Origin: the human T2T-CHM13v2.0 reference genome, Homo sapiens
Length of the DNA: 64,000 bases
Assembly: GCF_009914755.1 (NCBI RefSeq)
Contig: NC_060936.1
Direction: 5' to 3' (one strand)
Shown: positions 44,891 to 60,660 of the stretch, piece by piece
Layout of the letters: every line of letters begins with the position of its first letter
Position numbering within the stretch: position 1 is the first letter of the stretch
Made by a program: the position numbers and the translations under genes
Notes under the pieces: generated by a model
The model's input: only the letters and a program-made list of their open reading frames with translations
The model's database searches: none
What the model was told of the DNA's origin: nothing

Positions 44891-45704
44891 TTCATTTTAA
44901 TGTATAAATAGGAATGTGAGTTCATTCTTTTAAGGTGAGACTACAAATGTCAGAGAAACCAGATGTGTGGGTCAGCTAAAATAGTTTCCCCGAGGAATAC
45001 AAAATGATCAGAAGGGTCCAGGGTGAGTGTGAATCTGAATAAGGGAAATGGGTGCACTACTGAGTGGCTAATGACAGCAGGTTCTAATGTATCCATGTTC
45101 ACAAAAGGGAGATGTCTGGTAGGCAAACTGAGTCTACACACTGGCTTCACGTTAGGTACAGGAAAATATGGTTACTGCTAAGAAACCCCCATACTCTTTG
45201 TTTTCTAACCTTTTTTTTTCAAATTAAATGCATTAAAAAATAATACCTTCTACCTTTTCTACATTATGTAATTATTTAATCTACTTCCCTACATATACTT
45301 GACAAATTATTGAGATGGCATCTTAATATTTTCTGCTTAGCTCATTCTGGGAGAAGACCTTCTTTTCCTCTTAAAAATTATCTTGTGTGCTTATCCCTTT
45401 CAGGAAAAATCACAGAACAAATTCCTCAGTCACAATCTCTCCTGGGAGATAAACTGTGAATAGAATGACTCTTCTTTTACTTGTTCTGTCATATTGCCAA
45501 ATAGAACACAGAGCGTATTCACATATTATGTATTTTGTTTAGAAGCTCAGCTATCAAAGACTTGAGCTATACAAATTTCCCGGAGAAGGTATTTTGACCC
45601 CTTCCATATGCTACCTCATTTTCCCTGGCCAATGATATCCTTAATCTGTTATTCTAAAGCAGATTAACAGATCTCATTTTTAAATTCTTATTATAAAGTT
45701 GAAT

Positions 45705-46160
45705 AAATACTATGCAGTTAAAGGAGTTGCATCATAAACCACCTCAATGTTTAGAAGCTTGAAACAGCAGCCATTTTATTTGATTGCTGATCTGTGGGCC
45801 AGCAATTCAGGCTGGGCTTAGCTGGATATTCTTTTGCCCATCTCAAGCAGCTGTTTTCTGACATGCTTTAAGATGACCTTACTCACACGTTTGGTGGTTC
45901 TGGCTGTTTGCAGGACTACAAGTCTCTGGTAGGCTTTGCAGGTTTGTTTACATGGTGGCAGCCTTCTAAAAGTAGCAAGAAAGAGTTCCCAGCACCAAGA
46001 GGGCAAGATCCAGTGCAGGAGCAATTCTTAAACTTCTGTTTGTGTCATGTTGGCTAATACCTCTTTGGCCAAAGTAAGTCCCATGGCCAAGTTCACAGTC
46101 TGTGAGGAAGAGGGCCATGTAGGGTCATGGATACAGCGAGGTGTAATACACTAGGAGTCA
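45705..46160 (-). mobile_element. MLT1H/G-like LTR
   Basis: aaaccacctcaa...cttgaaacagcagccattttattt...ctgtgggccagcaattcaggctgggcttagctgg. Confidence 0.72.
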
Positions 46161-46196
46161 CTGCTGTAGCCTGTATCACAGTTTGCACATGAATTT

Positions 46197-46271
46197 ATAG
46201 GTTGGTGCAAAAGTAATTGTGGTTTTTGCCATTACTTCCAGTGGCAAAAACTGCAATTACTTTTGCACCAA

Positions 46272-46273
<2 letters not shown>
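46197..46273. mobile_element. MADE1 (Hsmar1-derived palindromic MITE)
   Basis: taggttggtgcaaaagtaattgtggtttttgccatt-acttcc-agtggcaaaaactgcaattacttttgcaccaacc. Confidence 0.96.

Positions 46274-46311
<38 letters not shown>
46274..46311. repeat. (GT)~19 microsatellite
   Basis: Visible directly; it abuts the MADE1. Confidence 0.97.
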
Positions 46312-46314
<3 letters not shown>

Positions 46315-46542
46315 GTTGGCATTTAATATTTGGCTTTGATCAACATAGTATGAGGATTTACTTTATATATAAGTAACAAAGAGTAGTGTGAACAGGAGGG
46401 AATTAATCTACATTGAGAACTTATGATATGCCAAGAACTTTACATATGTTATCTCATTTAATTTTGTAAACTCAGAGTGAAAAAAACTGAGATACAAGGA
46501 AGGTAAATAACTTGTCCAAGGTCACAGTTAGCACTTTACACT

Positions 46543-46730
46543 CCAGTCTATGGGACTCAACAAGCATTAAAAAAATCAAAAAAGAACAGAATAAAAAATA
46601 TCAGTAATGCATATATTAATAATAGGTACTTTTTCATAAACTGTATTTGCTTTTTTGTGTTGGCTCACAATGCATAATAGAATTCTTGCCATGAATTGTT
46701 TGTTTTTGTTTTTAAACTGGAAAGCCACTG
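46543..46730. mobile_element. hAT-Charlie (Charlie4-like) fragment
   Basis: agaataaaaaatatcagtaatgcat...gaaagccactg terminus. Confidence 0.55.
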
Positions 46731-46803
46731 TTACCCCATATAGACTCCCATAAGCATGTGAAACCAGAATGGTCAGAACCAGAGGGGATTAAAAGTATAT
46801 CAT

Positions 46804-47082
46804 GGCTGAATGGGGTGGCTCACACCTGTAATCCCAGCACTTTGGGAGGCCTAGGCGGGTGGGTCACTTGAGGTCAGGAGTTTGAGGCCAGCCTGGCCAA
46901 CATGGTGAAACCCCGTCTCTACTAAAAGTACAAAAATTAGTCAGGTGCAGTGGTACACGTCTGTAGTCCCAGCTATTCGGGAGGCTGAGGCATGAGAATC
47001 GCTTAAACCCGGGATGTGGAGGTTTCAGTGAGCTGAGATGACGTCACTGCACTCCAGCCTGGGCGACAGAGTGAGACTCCGT

Positions 47083-47127
<45 letters not shown>
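46804..47127 (+). mobile_element. AluSx-like with (CAA)~15 tail
   Basis: Full dimer; atatcat duplicated in the flanks. Confidence 0.95.
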
Positions 47128-47128
<1 letters not shown>

Positions 47129-48899
47129 GCATATCATTAGTTTCCCAATCCTGATTTAGCTGAAAGGTGTACCATGACTACTATATTACATTGAGATAGT
47201 GTTTTCATCAGATGAACACCTGACTCTTTCCACTGCAGTTAATCTCCTTTTATCAGTATCTGCTAACATTTCTTTGTGACTTACAGAAAATCATTATCAT
47301 AGGGAGAGATTTGAATTCTGGGTGGAATAAATTAGAACATCAATTTCCCCTATTGATAGACCCTTGTAGGAACCAATAACTAGTACAAGAGACACTTAAA
47401 CAATTTGGATGTAATGCCTTGTGTTTGAACCAAAGCATTTATTACTCAAATATTTAGTCCAAAGAGGTAAAGGAAAAGTATTATTTTGTAATCTGTTTTT
47501 TTTTGTTAATCTCATTTGTCTTCAGTCATGCAAAATGGAACGTTTGTTTTAAAATCAGCCCACATACCGAAATGTCTTTTATTTGCAAAATGAAACCATG
47601 CCATTAAATGTTGAAGGAGAAAGATTCTTTTAAAGAAATATCAATGAAATGGGAGCATTTCCAATAGAAATTTGAGCTGAAATAAGTTCCTGTGTGATGG
47701 CTTTATTTGCAACTTCTCTCTTTGAGATTTTTTTTTGTACTTACCTAACATGCATAAAGATTGCATATTAATAAACTAGGAATCATTTGATAGAAAACAA
47801 TGGGAGGGAAATGTCCATAAGTTCCTACATATCTCTACATGCAAAGAGGTCAAACGGTTGCTTGAAATTCTCAAGAATGTTTTATAGATTGAATAGAGAT
47901 TTTTTTTAAAGCCGTTATCTTCTGTGCTCACCAAGTAAAGTGTGGGCTAGAAAGTTATTTTAAAGTCATTTTATTGCAAGAAAAACAGCAGGATCCTGCC
48001 AAAGCCCAAAAGCCAGTAAAATTGCAATGAAACATTGAAAATTACAAGGTCAAAGCTTTATATTCATATGAAAGTAATATTTGAACCAAAAAAGGTGATA
48101 TACTTTTAAAAAAATTTGGCCTATTCCAAAGAAACACTGAAAAACAAAATAGCTGGGTTATTTATCATTGTATATTTTGATTGTTACCCCAAATTTAAGA
48201 AATTATTAGTGAAGAGCATAACTTTTTACATATTAATTATGATAGTTATTCATTTAAAAAGTGCTTGCAAAAAATAATTGTGGATGATTATTTCTTACTG
48301 ATTTTATTTTCAAATGTTTGTGTATGGAACATTGTTTTGGAAGGAAAGATTTAGCAGCATCACTCAGCTTATAATTAGTGTCAGATATGTTAATAAAAAC
48401 TAATCAAGATGTTGGTAAGCAAATGCTAGAAACTGAAAATGAAGGTGATTAAAAGAAAGTAATTTCTGAAACAAGCTAGGATTAACTGAGGATGGAATCC
48501 CAACAGGATTTCTGCTTTTGTTCATTGGCCTTGCCCGTCACTGCTAACATAATATGTCATGCTGAAAGAACAAACCTTCACTGAGGGGTCCAGAGGACAT
48601 ACTTCAAGTTGAAAGTTCTATGTTTGTTGGTTCAACAATGCTGAGTTAATTACATTTTATAATTCTGCTATACTTGAATTCTAAATTGCAGTCCCACGTC
48701 TTGTCTTAAATTGTTATTATTATTTTTTTGGTCACACATTTTATTGGGAAAGAATCAAAGTCTGAATGAATGATATTTATTCTAGTGGGCTCTGAGATGT
48801 AATACACCAGGAAAGAAAAATTACTGATTAAAGTGAAGAAAATGACTATGAAGTTATTCTGTTCAGTTGTCTTAACAAAGATGAATGTGTTTTAATTAA

Positions 48900-49680
48900 T
48901 TTTTTTGTGTAAATGTAAATTGTTAATGTTAAAATGATAGAGGTTAAAAAAATCAACTGATTACAGAAATTTTTGAAAATACAGAAAAATATAAAGAAGA
49001 AATAAAAATCATCTACAGTTAATGTACTTAGAAGTACTCATGATTAAGTTTTTGATATAAAGTATTTTTCTTTTCCTTTTGCATTCTCTTTTAAATGATA
49101 GTATAACTGGATATAGGATTAGAATTTGACTATTATTTTCCATCAGCACTTTGAAGACATTACTTTGTTGTCCTATGGCATCTATTATTGCTGATGTCTT
49201 TATGATTTTTTTCCTTCCATTACTGCTTTTAAGATCTCCTTGTATTTGAAGTTCTGCACTTCACTACAGTACATCTAAATGTGGATTTCTTTTCATTTGT
49301 CTTCCTTAGAACTTCGTGGTATTCCTAAATTTTAGAATCAATATCTTTCAGACTATTGGAAAATTCTCAACCATTATCTCTTTAACTATTACCTCTCACT
49401 TCTGTAACATCCTTTCTGGAATTTCAATGAGACATAAATTGAACCATCTCATCCTATTCTCAGTTTCTCTTAATCATTCTGTCTTATCCTTCACCTTTCT
49501 ATTTCTCTGTGCATATTGATGTTATCCACAGGTGTTTTCCAGTTCACTAATTCTCTTTTCAGAACTCCAAACTGAACTTCTGCTGTTTAACCTACCAATT
49601 AGATTTTAAATTTAAGGCTATATTTTTTTATTTCCATAAGTTTTATTTTATTCTTTTTTAAGTCATATTTTCTCCCTTCT
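48900..49680 (-). mobile_element. Ancient L1M(E) fragments
   Basis: T-rich L1M motifs (cagcactttgaagacattac, ttggaaaattctcaaccattatctctttaa, ccagttcactaattctct). Confidence 0.65.
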
Positions 49681-49684
49681 ATAC

Positions 49685-50085
49685 AGTTATGGGCTAAAGG
49701 GCTAAATCATGTCCCCATCTCCCAAATTCTTTCGTTGAAGCCCCAGCCCCCAGTATCTCAGAATGTGATTATATTTGGCTACAGGGTCTTTAAAGAGATG
49801 ATTAAGGTAAAATGAGGTCATATGGATAGGCCCCAATCCAATATGACTTGTGTCTTTATAAGAAGAGTTAAGGCACCAGACACAAGCACACATAGAGAGA
49901 AGACAGTGTGGAACACACACCAAGAAGGTGGCCATCTGCCAGTCAAGGAGAGAGCCTCAGAAGAAACCACACCTGCCAACACCTTGATCTCAGACTTCTA
50001 GTCTCCAGAACTGTGAGAAAATAAATTTCTGTTGGTTTAGTTACCCAGTACATGGGATATTTCTTATGGCACACTCACCAAGTCA
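49685..50085 (+). mobile_element. MLT1A/B-like LTR
   Basis: ctcagaatgtgattatatttgg...aaggtaaaatgaggtcat...ctccagaactgtgagaaaataaatttctgttg. Confidence 0.85.
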
Positions 50086-53000
50086 TGCACATGCTAGAGT
50101 GATTTTTTAATGTGACTTTTATCATTTTTTGATGTCTTTAATTCTGTTTAACATATTTTAATCTATTTTCTAGCTTTTTATTTCTGTTATCTTGTCCCTA
50201 TGATACTCACATTGTCTTGTTTAGAATGTACATTTTACTGTGAATTAACCTCTCAATGAAGCTTTTAGTTAGTTTTTTTTTTTTCCCTTGGGAGTCTTAT
50301 GTGCCCTGAGTCAGTTTAAAACATATTAATCTAATGGACAAAAAATTGAGTATTATTTTAATTTGTGTTATTTTAGGTACTAATGAGTTAGAACTTTTTC
50401 ATGTGCTTGTTAGCATATGCATTTCTTCTTTCGTAAAGTTAGGAGCAGTGTTCATATTTATCCCTATAAAATAAAAACATGTACATTAATCATGGACTAC
50501 ATTTTGTTCTGATGATTCAGTGTTATTGATTTCTGAGCTCTGTAATATCTGCAAGTTATAAGTCTTTCTTGGCTTCCTCCAGGAAGTTGAAAATTAATAT
50601 TTATTTCTATATTTGTCAGGAAAACACATGAATGTTTGAAGATGGGGTGGGATCTTGTTTTTAACTCTATATAATATCTGCAGTTAATCATGGCAAACCA
50701 CCAGTTTCAATTTGTCAGGGTATTGTTATCATATTCTAATTTTGTATCAACTAAAATAATATATTTCTTTTTGGTTGAAATGCCTTTAGAATCTTAGAAC
50801 AAGCCTTAGGAAAGACATTACTACCTATGGAAAACATGAAAATTTGAAATATTGTAATAGAAAGGTTTCATTTAAATATCTTTTTATAATAGAGTAAAAT
50901 AAGATACTGTGTGGTAATAAGCCTTCACAGAATTGGGCACGTTGGATTCACCTATATATTAAAAAATGTGTGTATGTATTAGATGCCTGGCAGCATCTAG
51001 TAAAATGAGATCTACATGTGTGAATTTGTGTTATTTAACCCTTGGCTTAAAAGTACCACTCACAGAAGTAGAAGTGTGAGTGTTAAGGTTTTGCTTATGT
51101 CCATATATATCACACACATTTTTCATATTTTAATGACCAAAAATTTGGCAGTGTTACAATTAAATTACATTCATATGGTAGTGCTTTATTTCTTCTCCTT
51201 CAGGAAAGCTGTTATTAAATTGCAGCAAATTAGAATGAAAGTATGTAGTCTTGAGAACATATGGACTGTAATGCATTGGAAAATTCTACAAAGAACAGCA
51301 TCAAGTATTTCAATGGTTAGCAATGGGAATTGCATGGTGATAGGTTGGGGTGTGTCAGTAAGAGTTTTGTGGGTACAATGTATATTATTTGGGTGATGGA
51401 TACCCTAAAAGCCTCTGATTTCACCATGCTGCACTGTATCCATGGAACAAAATTAATGTTTACCCCATAAATTTATACAAATATTAAAAAACAAAATGAA
51501 ATAAATATGAGGCTGCTCTGAATGATCGTTGGTATTTTGCAAAACGTTTACAAGTATGTATTTAAGTGTTTGCTAAACATAATACGTAAATAAGAAACCA
51601 CTGCTTTTTAATTATAAGCACCTTTTCCTTATGAGTTTCTAAGTTGTAGATAGGAAATAGCTGTCACCTCAGAACACAACTACAGTTGATAGGTAGTGAC
51701 TGAGTGGGGCAATGTTTTCAAAAGGATTCAAAAACCCTCCCTATACTCAGTGAGAAACTATCATTTTTCAATAAGTTATGTTTACTGTGGGCAAGGGAAA
51801 AGGGAGCGGTGGTACCAGTATGAGGCATTTACTGACTCTTCTCCAAGTGCTAATAAGATAGCACATGTCATGTTCAATTTTTTATTGGTCCTGATGAAAT
51901 ATTTAAAAAGTAGGTTTACAAATAGATAAAACTTTATGCCTTCCAACTTTATATTTCTGGGACAGGTTTTCAGAATCTGTTCCTCTTGGGCGTATGTTTA
52001 TATTATTCATTGCTTTCTAGTCACTGTGCTTGATTCAGACCTCCCTGGAATGGGAAGTAGGCTGACAGGTAGTTTTGCAGTTATGCTTTCCTGATGACTC
52101 ATTTGTATTTGAAATTTAGTTTTGGTTTCATAAATATAAGACCTAGAATCTCTCTACTGCTACATTTTTTTTTAAACTGCAATCTTATTCTACATTCTAT
52201 AATTTGTTCTACCCGTGGCTGGTTTCTCTCTTTTTTCAAAGAATGGTTGATATCTGTGAAAGCAGAGTAACATTTGGATATTAGAAATTTCAATTGCAAG
52301 ATTCCAATCAGAGATCGATGACCTCTTTTAATTCAAATGTATTTATTTTTCTGGACAATTGTTTTCTCTGTTAGGGGATGCTGTACTTAGCTGTTTAAGC
52401 CTTATGAGAATGTCATAGCTCTTGTTAGGAATCCTAGATCCATAAAATCTGTTCCTCTGTTCCTCCAGATAATTATTATTAATTATTGTTATTATTTTAA
52501 TTTATGCCTAAAATTTTAGCCTCAAACAATAATCTGGAGTAATTGATCTTCATTTAAGAACTTAGATCTTAAAATCTGTCTTATCTTGTGGATCAGTGGC
52601 ATTTTCTGACTCTGAAACAAATGTTTATTTCTGTGTTATTTCTGCATACCTTCCATACAATGCCTTTGAATAAGACAGTGACTGTATTATCTACTAGCTC
52701 TCAGATGGCATTTTAGACTATATTTCTAAAATGGGAAACATGCCCTTTGGTAAGATTTAAGCTAGTACATAAATCAAGGCCAGCATTTCCTAATATGGAA
52801 GCTGATCTGCCTTAGGAAATATTAATTATAAGAAAATTGATTTAAAAAACTCTTAAAGATAGTTCTTGAAGTAGAGGATATTAGAGCAATGGATCATCAT
52901 CCTTTAGTCTAGAACTCTGTCATTCCTGGCAGCTGTTAACCATCTGCCTGCTTTCAACCCACGTGAAAAATGTAGATGAGCACAGGAATTGAGGGTCAAA

Positions 53001-54157
53001 TGAATCTGAGGTCTTTTTTCTTGCAGTTTAAAAACTTAGACTTTACACTATTTTATTATCCAAAAATGACTTTAAGGTAACTCCAGATTTCCTTTTAAGA
53101 TACTATCATGGGACATTTCACTATCCTTTGAAGTTTTAGAAAAAAGATGGAATTGAGCACTACTGGCTTTTAATCTAAAAGGAGAGGGCATTTATAAAGT
53201 GATCTTGTATTTTAATGTTTTCATACCTCACACCGTAAAAGATTTTTTATATAACTTATGATATCATGGTCCATTCCTCTGAAATATATACATTTAATAG
53301 GATTTGTGTGCCTCTTTAATTCTTTAACATTAATTAGGATTTAGTGTGCTGGATCTTTCATCCAAAGATCTCAAAGCATCTTGCCTGTCTATATTAGCTC
53401 ATTATTTTTTCAGTATGTCCCTGTGAGGTAGCTGTTAAGTATTATTCCTTATTTTACAAATGAGGTACAGATGAAGCTGAGAGAGGCATAAGAGACCTGC
53501 CCAAAGTCCCCGAGCATGTTAATATTAGAAAAGCAATAAAGGCACAGTTCTCTGATTTGAGAGATTTTCAACCTTTCCTTGGAATATATCCCTAATTCCA
53601 TTCTAAAATGCTACATTGTCCATGGAAATTAGCATATTATTATATGCTGGTGCTTTAGGGAATTAAAGTGGACTTAAGAATTTAATAAAATATCACTGTG
53701 TCTCTACTATACTTTGATTAGGTTTTCAGGGAAATATGTGTGATCAGTGTCCTGTCACACAAAGCTAGGTATTTCCGTTTGCCCTGTCATATGGGGAGCA
53801 CTGAAAGAGGGCCTCAGAAATAGTAGCCAGAGAATATGGTGACTGCAAGTGTGGGTGACACTAGCGATGATTTTCTTACTGGTGGAGAACCTTGCAAGCT
53901 CAGAGGTTTCTCTTTTAATGATCAAGTCATGCATCCTTTAAATTCCTCCAATTATAAAGTCGTCGGAATGTTAGTATTATTAGGGGCCTTAGGATTTTCT
54001 GAGAAAAACTTCCACACAATATAGGATTTTGTTTCAAAATATCCTTGACAAATCGTCACATAGTCTCCATTTGAGCACCTCGGGAGATAAGAAATTGTCC
54101 AAGAAATTTTGTTCCACTGGATAATAATTGTAATAACCAATCCACAAATATTTATTG

Positions 54158-54159
<2 letters not shown>

Positions 54160-54188
<29 letters not shown>

Positions 54189-54211
54189 ATCTATCTCTGT
54201 CTATCTATCTG
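54160..54211. repeat. (TCTA)n compound tetranucleotide STR
   Basis: Visible directly. Confidence 0.93.
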
Positions 54212-54627
54212 TCCAAAATGAAAGAAATATAAGATATTGTCCCTGACCTCCTCAAGGACCTCGGCCAAGTAACTTGATTTCAATCTGTTTCCTAATGTAT
54301 ATAATGAGGAACTGGCTTGTTTTGAGGATTAAAGGAATCAAATATAAAGCACTTAGGAAAGAGACTGCTACATAATATATGCTCAGTAAATATTAGTTCT
54401 AATTATTATCTACGGACAAAATGAGAGAGAGAGAGAGAGCAAGAGTGAGAGCAAGAGAGAGATTGCTTATTACATCTTATTTTGTTTTCCATACTATCAT
54501 CTTAAATGAGACCGTCATCCATTCTCATTTGAATGACGGCAGCAGCCTCCAAACTGCTCTCTCCGTTTCCAGTCTCAGCCTTTGTGACCCATTTTCCACA
54601 CTGAAGCCAAACTGAACTTAATGCAAG

Positions 54628-54931
<304 letters not shown>

Positions 54932-54958
54932 TCATTGCTCTCCATGTACTTCCGAATT

Positions 54959-55331
<373 letters not shown>

Positions 55332-55899
55332 TGACTTTGTGTCCAAATTCTGAAATAGACAGTGTTCCAGCTCTCCATGCTCTCTCAGGTATGCATGTGT
55401 CCAGGTCTGGCCCAGGCCCCCAGCTTCACTTCCTGCTTGAGCTGTGGCACAAGTTGCATTATTGGACCCCATTTTGCTTCCTTTCCTCAGGCTATGTTCG
55501 ACTCATCATTCAAGGTTTGGTTTATATGCCAACTCCAAGAAGTCTTCCCTGATCCCTTAGGTGTAATAACCTTTATGTCCTTGTTCATCTTTAAACCCAA
55601 GAGGCTTGAGGTTAAAGACTACATCTTGTTCACTGGTATTTCCCCAGAGTCCAAATCTTGGCACAAGGAAGATACTCACTAAATATATATTGAATGAATA
55701 ACAATACACAGCAGTGTGGAACAAATGTTCAGTAGTTCAGACAAAAAGTGCAAGAAAAGCTACAGAAAGTAGACACTGCCTTGATTATGTAGGCAGAGAA
55801 AAGGTCACATAAATGTGATACTTTAGCTAAAGTCTTTTGCTTGGTCTTTCTGGAATAAAGACATTCAAGTAAACCTCTAGGGCATCAGTTAGACAAACT

Positions 55900-56090
55900 G
55901 TAGTCTTTGTGCCAGAATGCAATCCCAACTGAGCTACTTCCTGGCTATAAAATATTGTACATCTGTAAAATGGATGTTATAGTAACACCTACTTTACAGA
56001 TGTGTTGAGAGAATTTTATAGTATGAAATGTGAAACACCTGGCACAGTGCCTGGCACATAATGGATGCTCAACAACGGGTGTTTGTTACA
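55900..56090 (+). mobile_element. MIR fragment
   Basis: catctgtaaaatggatgttatagtaacacctac...cacagtgcctggcacata. Confidence 0.78.
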
Positions 56091-56399
56091 CTTATCATTA
56101 TCACTTGTACTATATGCCTCAGCTCAATTCAAGGGATCCTTAACTCTTTCAAGGGACAGATTACATAGATGTAAGCATTTCCTAAGCCTAATGATTGAGC
56201 ACACATATATCCCTGGTGCACTAGACTCTTGTGTTAGGGTTTGGGATTGAGAGGAGAGACTTGGAGAAGATGGAGGGGGGTGGAAGATGTGAGGAGAAAA
56301 TGGGAGGGAGGTGAAAAAAACATCACTATGTATCTATCTCAGGCAGGCAGCAGATATAGAATTGTTTATATTAAATTAAAAACCACCTATAATTCAGAC

Positions 56400-56707
56400 T
56401 TTTTGTCTCTTTTTTCTATTTTTTTGAGACAGGGTCTCACTCTTTTGCCCAGGCTGGAGTGCAGTGGTACAATCTTGGCTCACTGCAGCCTCAACCTCCA
56501 GGGCTCAAGTGATTCTCCCAACTCAGCCTGTTCAGTAGATGGGACTACAGGCATGTGCCACCATACTCACCTAATTTTTGTATTTTTTGTAGAGACAAGG
56601 TTTTGCCATGTCGTACAGGCTGGTCTTGAACTCCTGGGCTCAAGTGTTCCACCCACCTCAGCCTCCCATAGTGCTGGGATTATGGGTGTGAGCAACTGTG
56701 TCTGGAC
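56400..56707 (-). mobile_element. AluJ
   Basis: gagacagggtctcactct...cactgcagcctcaacctcc. Confidence 0.93.
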
Positions 56708-57707
56708 AAGATTTTTATTTTCTTTCAAAGCTCATGAGAATGTTTTCATGAGAATGGAGATGTTAATGTAGAATATTTTGATGTTCTTAATCCTGCTAAG
56801 TCAGGGACCAACCTGAGTCCATGGAAGGCCTATAAATGTCTTCTGGTTCAGATCAGCAATGCCAAATTTCATACTTGCAACTTGTCTGTTTTTGAGGAAA
56901 GGGACCATCGTATTAAAAGTTTCCATGCTCTTTCCAGAGGTAAAGAAACATTGTTATTTTTGTGCTTTCTCCAGTCAGAACTAAGGCAGTAAGCTACATC
57001 TCTGAGGAATGGAGGCATGTTTATTAATAATAGACCCCTTAAAATATTTGGTGACTATAGAATATCATGATTCAACAAGAAAAGTCTTTATCTTATATTC
57101 CTATCTCTCATTATAATAAAAAAGAGTTTCCTAAGTGATTTTAAGCCTAGCATTTGATGATGGCCAAAATTTTTTTCCCATGGAATAACTTTTGTGCAAT
57201 CTTTAAGCTTTGTTATTTTGGAGGATCAGAGATTGGAAAGCAAAACAAACATGCAAATAAACAGCATCAACAAAACAGTAGTAAAATCCAGGATTTTGTT
57301 TATTAGCAATAGTTACATGGTCCAAACATTTCATATAGTTTTTTCTTTTTTATCTAGTAGTGTATTTTATAGCTACTATTCCTTTTCAATTAATTGAAAG
57401 AAAGGTTTATAATTATCCTTTTCTCATAGTGAATATATATGCTCAAGAGAAATCATGTTTTGCATTTATTTATTTAACATATTATGTTTGATGGAAAATG
57501 GTCTTCGTTGGACTGGGAAGAGGAATTGGGATGGGAGATGAAGGAGGAAGTGAACTTTTGATGAGTGCCTATTGTGTGCCAGAAGCACTACCTGTGATAA
57601 TGAGAATATCATGTGTTATCTCATCCAATCCAACAGCAATCTTATATGTTAGAAGCATTATCTTTATTATAGGTGAGAAAATTGAAGCTTCAGAAATTAA
57701 GGAATTC

Positions 57708-57984
<277 letters not shown>

Positions 57985-58239
57985 GGAAATTAAGGGATTT
58001 GCTGAAGACCGCAGAGCTTGCAAAACTGGCCTTTAAACTTTGACTCTGAAGCCTGTGGTTTTTTTCCCTCTGACTAGATACCTTTTGTAAAACCTGGTAT
58101 CTCCTAAAGGTGATTGATTTTAGATGCCTTAGTGTTTACACAGGGATTGACATTGTTGTTACCAGATAGATTGGAACTCTCTCTCCATACTCTTTGAAGC
58201 ACTGTAAAGAAGCCATCGCTAGTGATTACTTGTCTTCTT

Positions 58240-58400
58240 GTTTTTTAAAATTTTTAAGTCAATAGTTTTTGGGGAACAGGTGGTGTTTGGTTGCATGGAA
58301 AAGTTCTTAGTGGTGATTTCTGAGATTTTAGTGTACTCATCACCTGAGCAATATACACTGTACCCAATATGTAGTCTTTCATCTCTCACCTCCCTCCCAT
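58240..58400 (-). mobile_element. L1PB 3' end fragment
   Basis: caatagtttttggggaacaggtggtgtttggttgcatggaaaagttcttagtggtgatttctgagatttt. Confidence 0.85.
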
Positions 58401-59074
58401 TAGATAATGCTAGCTAGTGATCTGGACTTTGTATGATCTGTGGAATACTGAATGCTCAGATATCACAGGCTACAAGAAAACAGACTAATAATCCCCACAT
58501 TACCAAAACAATAACAGTAATATGATAAATTTCCAGATTATAAAATTAACAACCGATGTGATTTTAATGAATCATCTCTGAAAACTCCTTGTTCTGGAGT
58601 TTTGTCTCCAAATAAACTCATATATTCTCTGGACAACTTTCACAATTACTGTAGAAGTCACAAGAAAGCTTGTAGAACTTTGTCTCATTCCCCTGGATTT
58701 TAACTAGGGTTATGTATGAGCCTGTCTTAATGTGTTGCAGAATTTAACCTGAAACAAATATAGGTAATGTTAAAAAAAAATGACAACAGAAATCTTTTAC
58801 TGTTTCATGCTGATTGTAAAAGTAATACAAGCTTATTGAAGAAAAAATATAGAACAAGTAAAACATTTAGAAAAAATGAAAGTTATTCATGATTCTATTA
58901 TCCAAGTAAACACTATTAATGTTTTAGCGCATTTTCTTACAGTGATTTTGGTATATATTATGCTTTCTAAAGTTGAGATTGTTTCCTAGATACAGTTTTA
59001 TTTCATTTTCACTTAAAAGTTAATGAATCCATTTTCACTGAAACGTATCATTAAAATTTTAAAGAAACATTATT

Positions 59075-59812
<738 letters not shown>

Positions 59813-60369
59813 ACATTTGCTTTAGAAGGGTAAAGATTAAAAATCTGAGGCCCTGAGAGATTGGGTAAGCTGGAAAGTGGTAGAACTAACATAGAACCCA
59901 GATATATTTGACTCCAAAACCTGCATATGCAACCATTAAGATTCATAGTCTTGAAGCAGAGTATTTCTGGAACTTCTCTCTCCATGTGGTTCTCTCCAAC
60001 AGAAATAGCAGCAAGAACAGGTGAAATGATGCATAGGTACCTGCTTGTTTTAGTTTTGTTTCCATTTTTCTTCTTATTTTTTTGGTATAAGGACAGGGGA
60101 CTTAATAAGAAACAATAAGGAGATCTTCCTTTTTTTCTACTTGAATATCTCCACTTCTATTTTCAATATATACCCTGTCCATCAAGTTCAGACTACATAT
60201 TTAACTGGGACTAGTTATCAATTTCTTTGCTAAAGATGACTGGTTTCTTTCTGCTTCTTCCTTTGCATCCTCCAATTCTATTCCCCTTAAGTTCTAAAAA
60301 TAAGAACACCTTATGTAGAACACCATATATAGAATCTGTAATTTCTTATTTTCATTATCATCATTACCA

Positions 60370-60660
60370 TTGTCACTGGCATTGTATTTACTGAGTGCTT
60401 GCATGGGCCTCGCATGAATTAGGCAAATCAATATTATCTCATCTAAGTTTTACTATAAAGCCCTGTAGGCCCACCTCCTCTTTGCCTCCTACTACCATTC
60501 TTATTATTGATATGCCATTGTTGTTATGGTTCTCTCCATTTTGTATATGAGGAAACTGAGCCTCAGAGAGCTTTTCTGACCTTTCCCAAGATCACATACC
60601 TAGTAAGTGTTGGTGCCCAGATTTGAATCCAGTTCAATCTCCTTTTAAAGTTCATGCATG
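60370..60660 (-). mobile_element. MIR
   Basis: ccattttgtatatgaggaaactgagcctcagagag...cccaagatcacatacctagtaagt...gatttgaatccag. Confidence 0.85.

Noticed and set aside
51016-51396. 126-aa ORF
   Set aside because: AT-rich, runs into an L1 3' fragment, and has no recognisable domain or splice support.
56241-56771. 176-aa ORF
   Set aside because: The C-terminal half is antisense Alu translation ([11 protein letters not shown]...); no gene structure.
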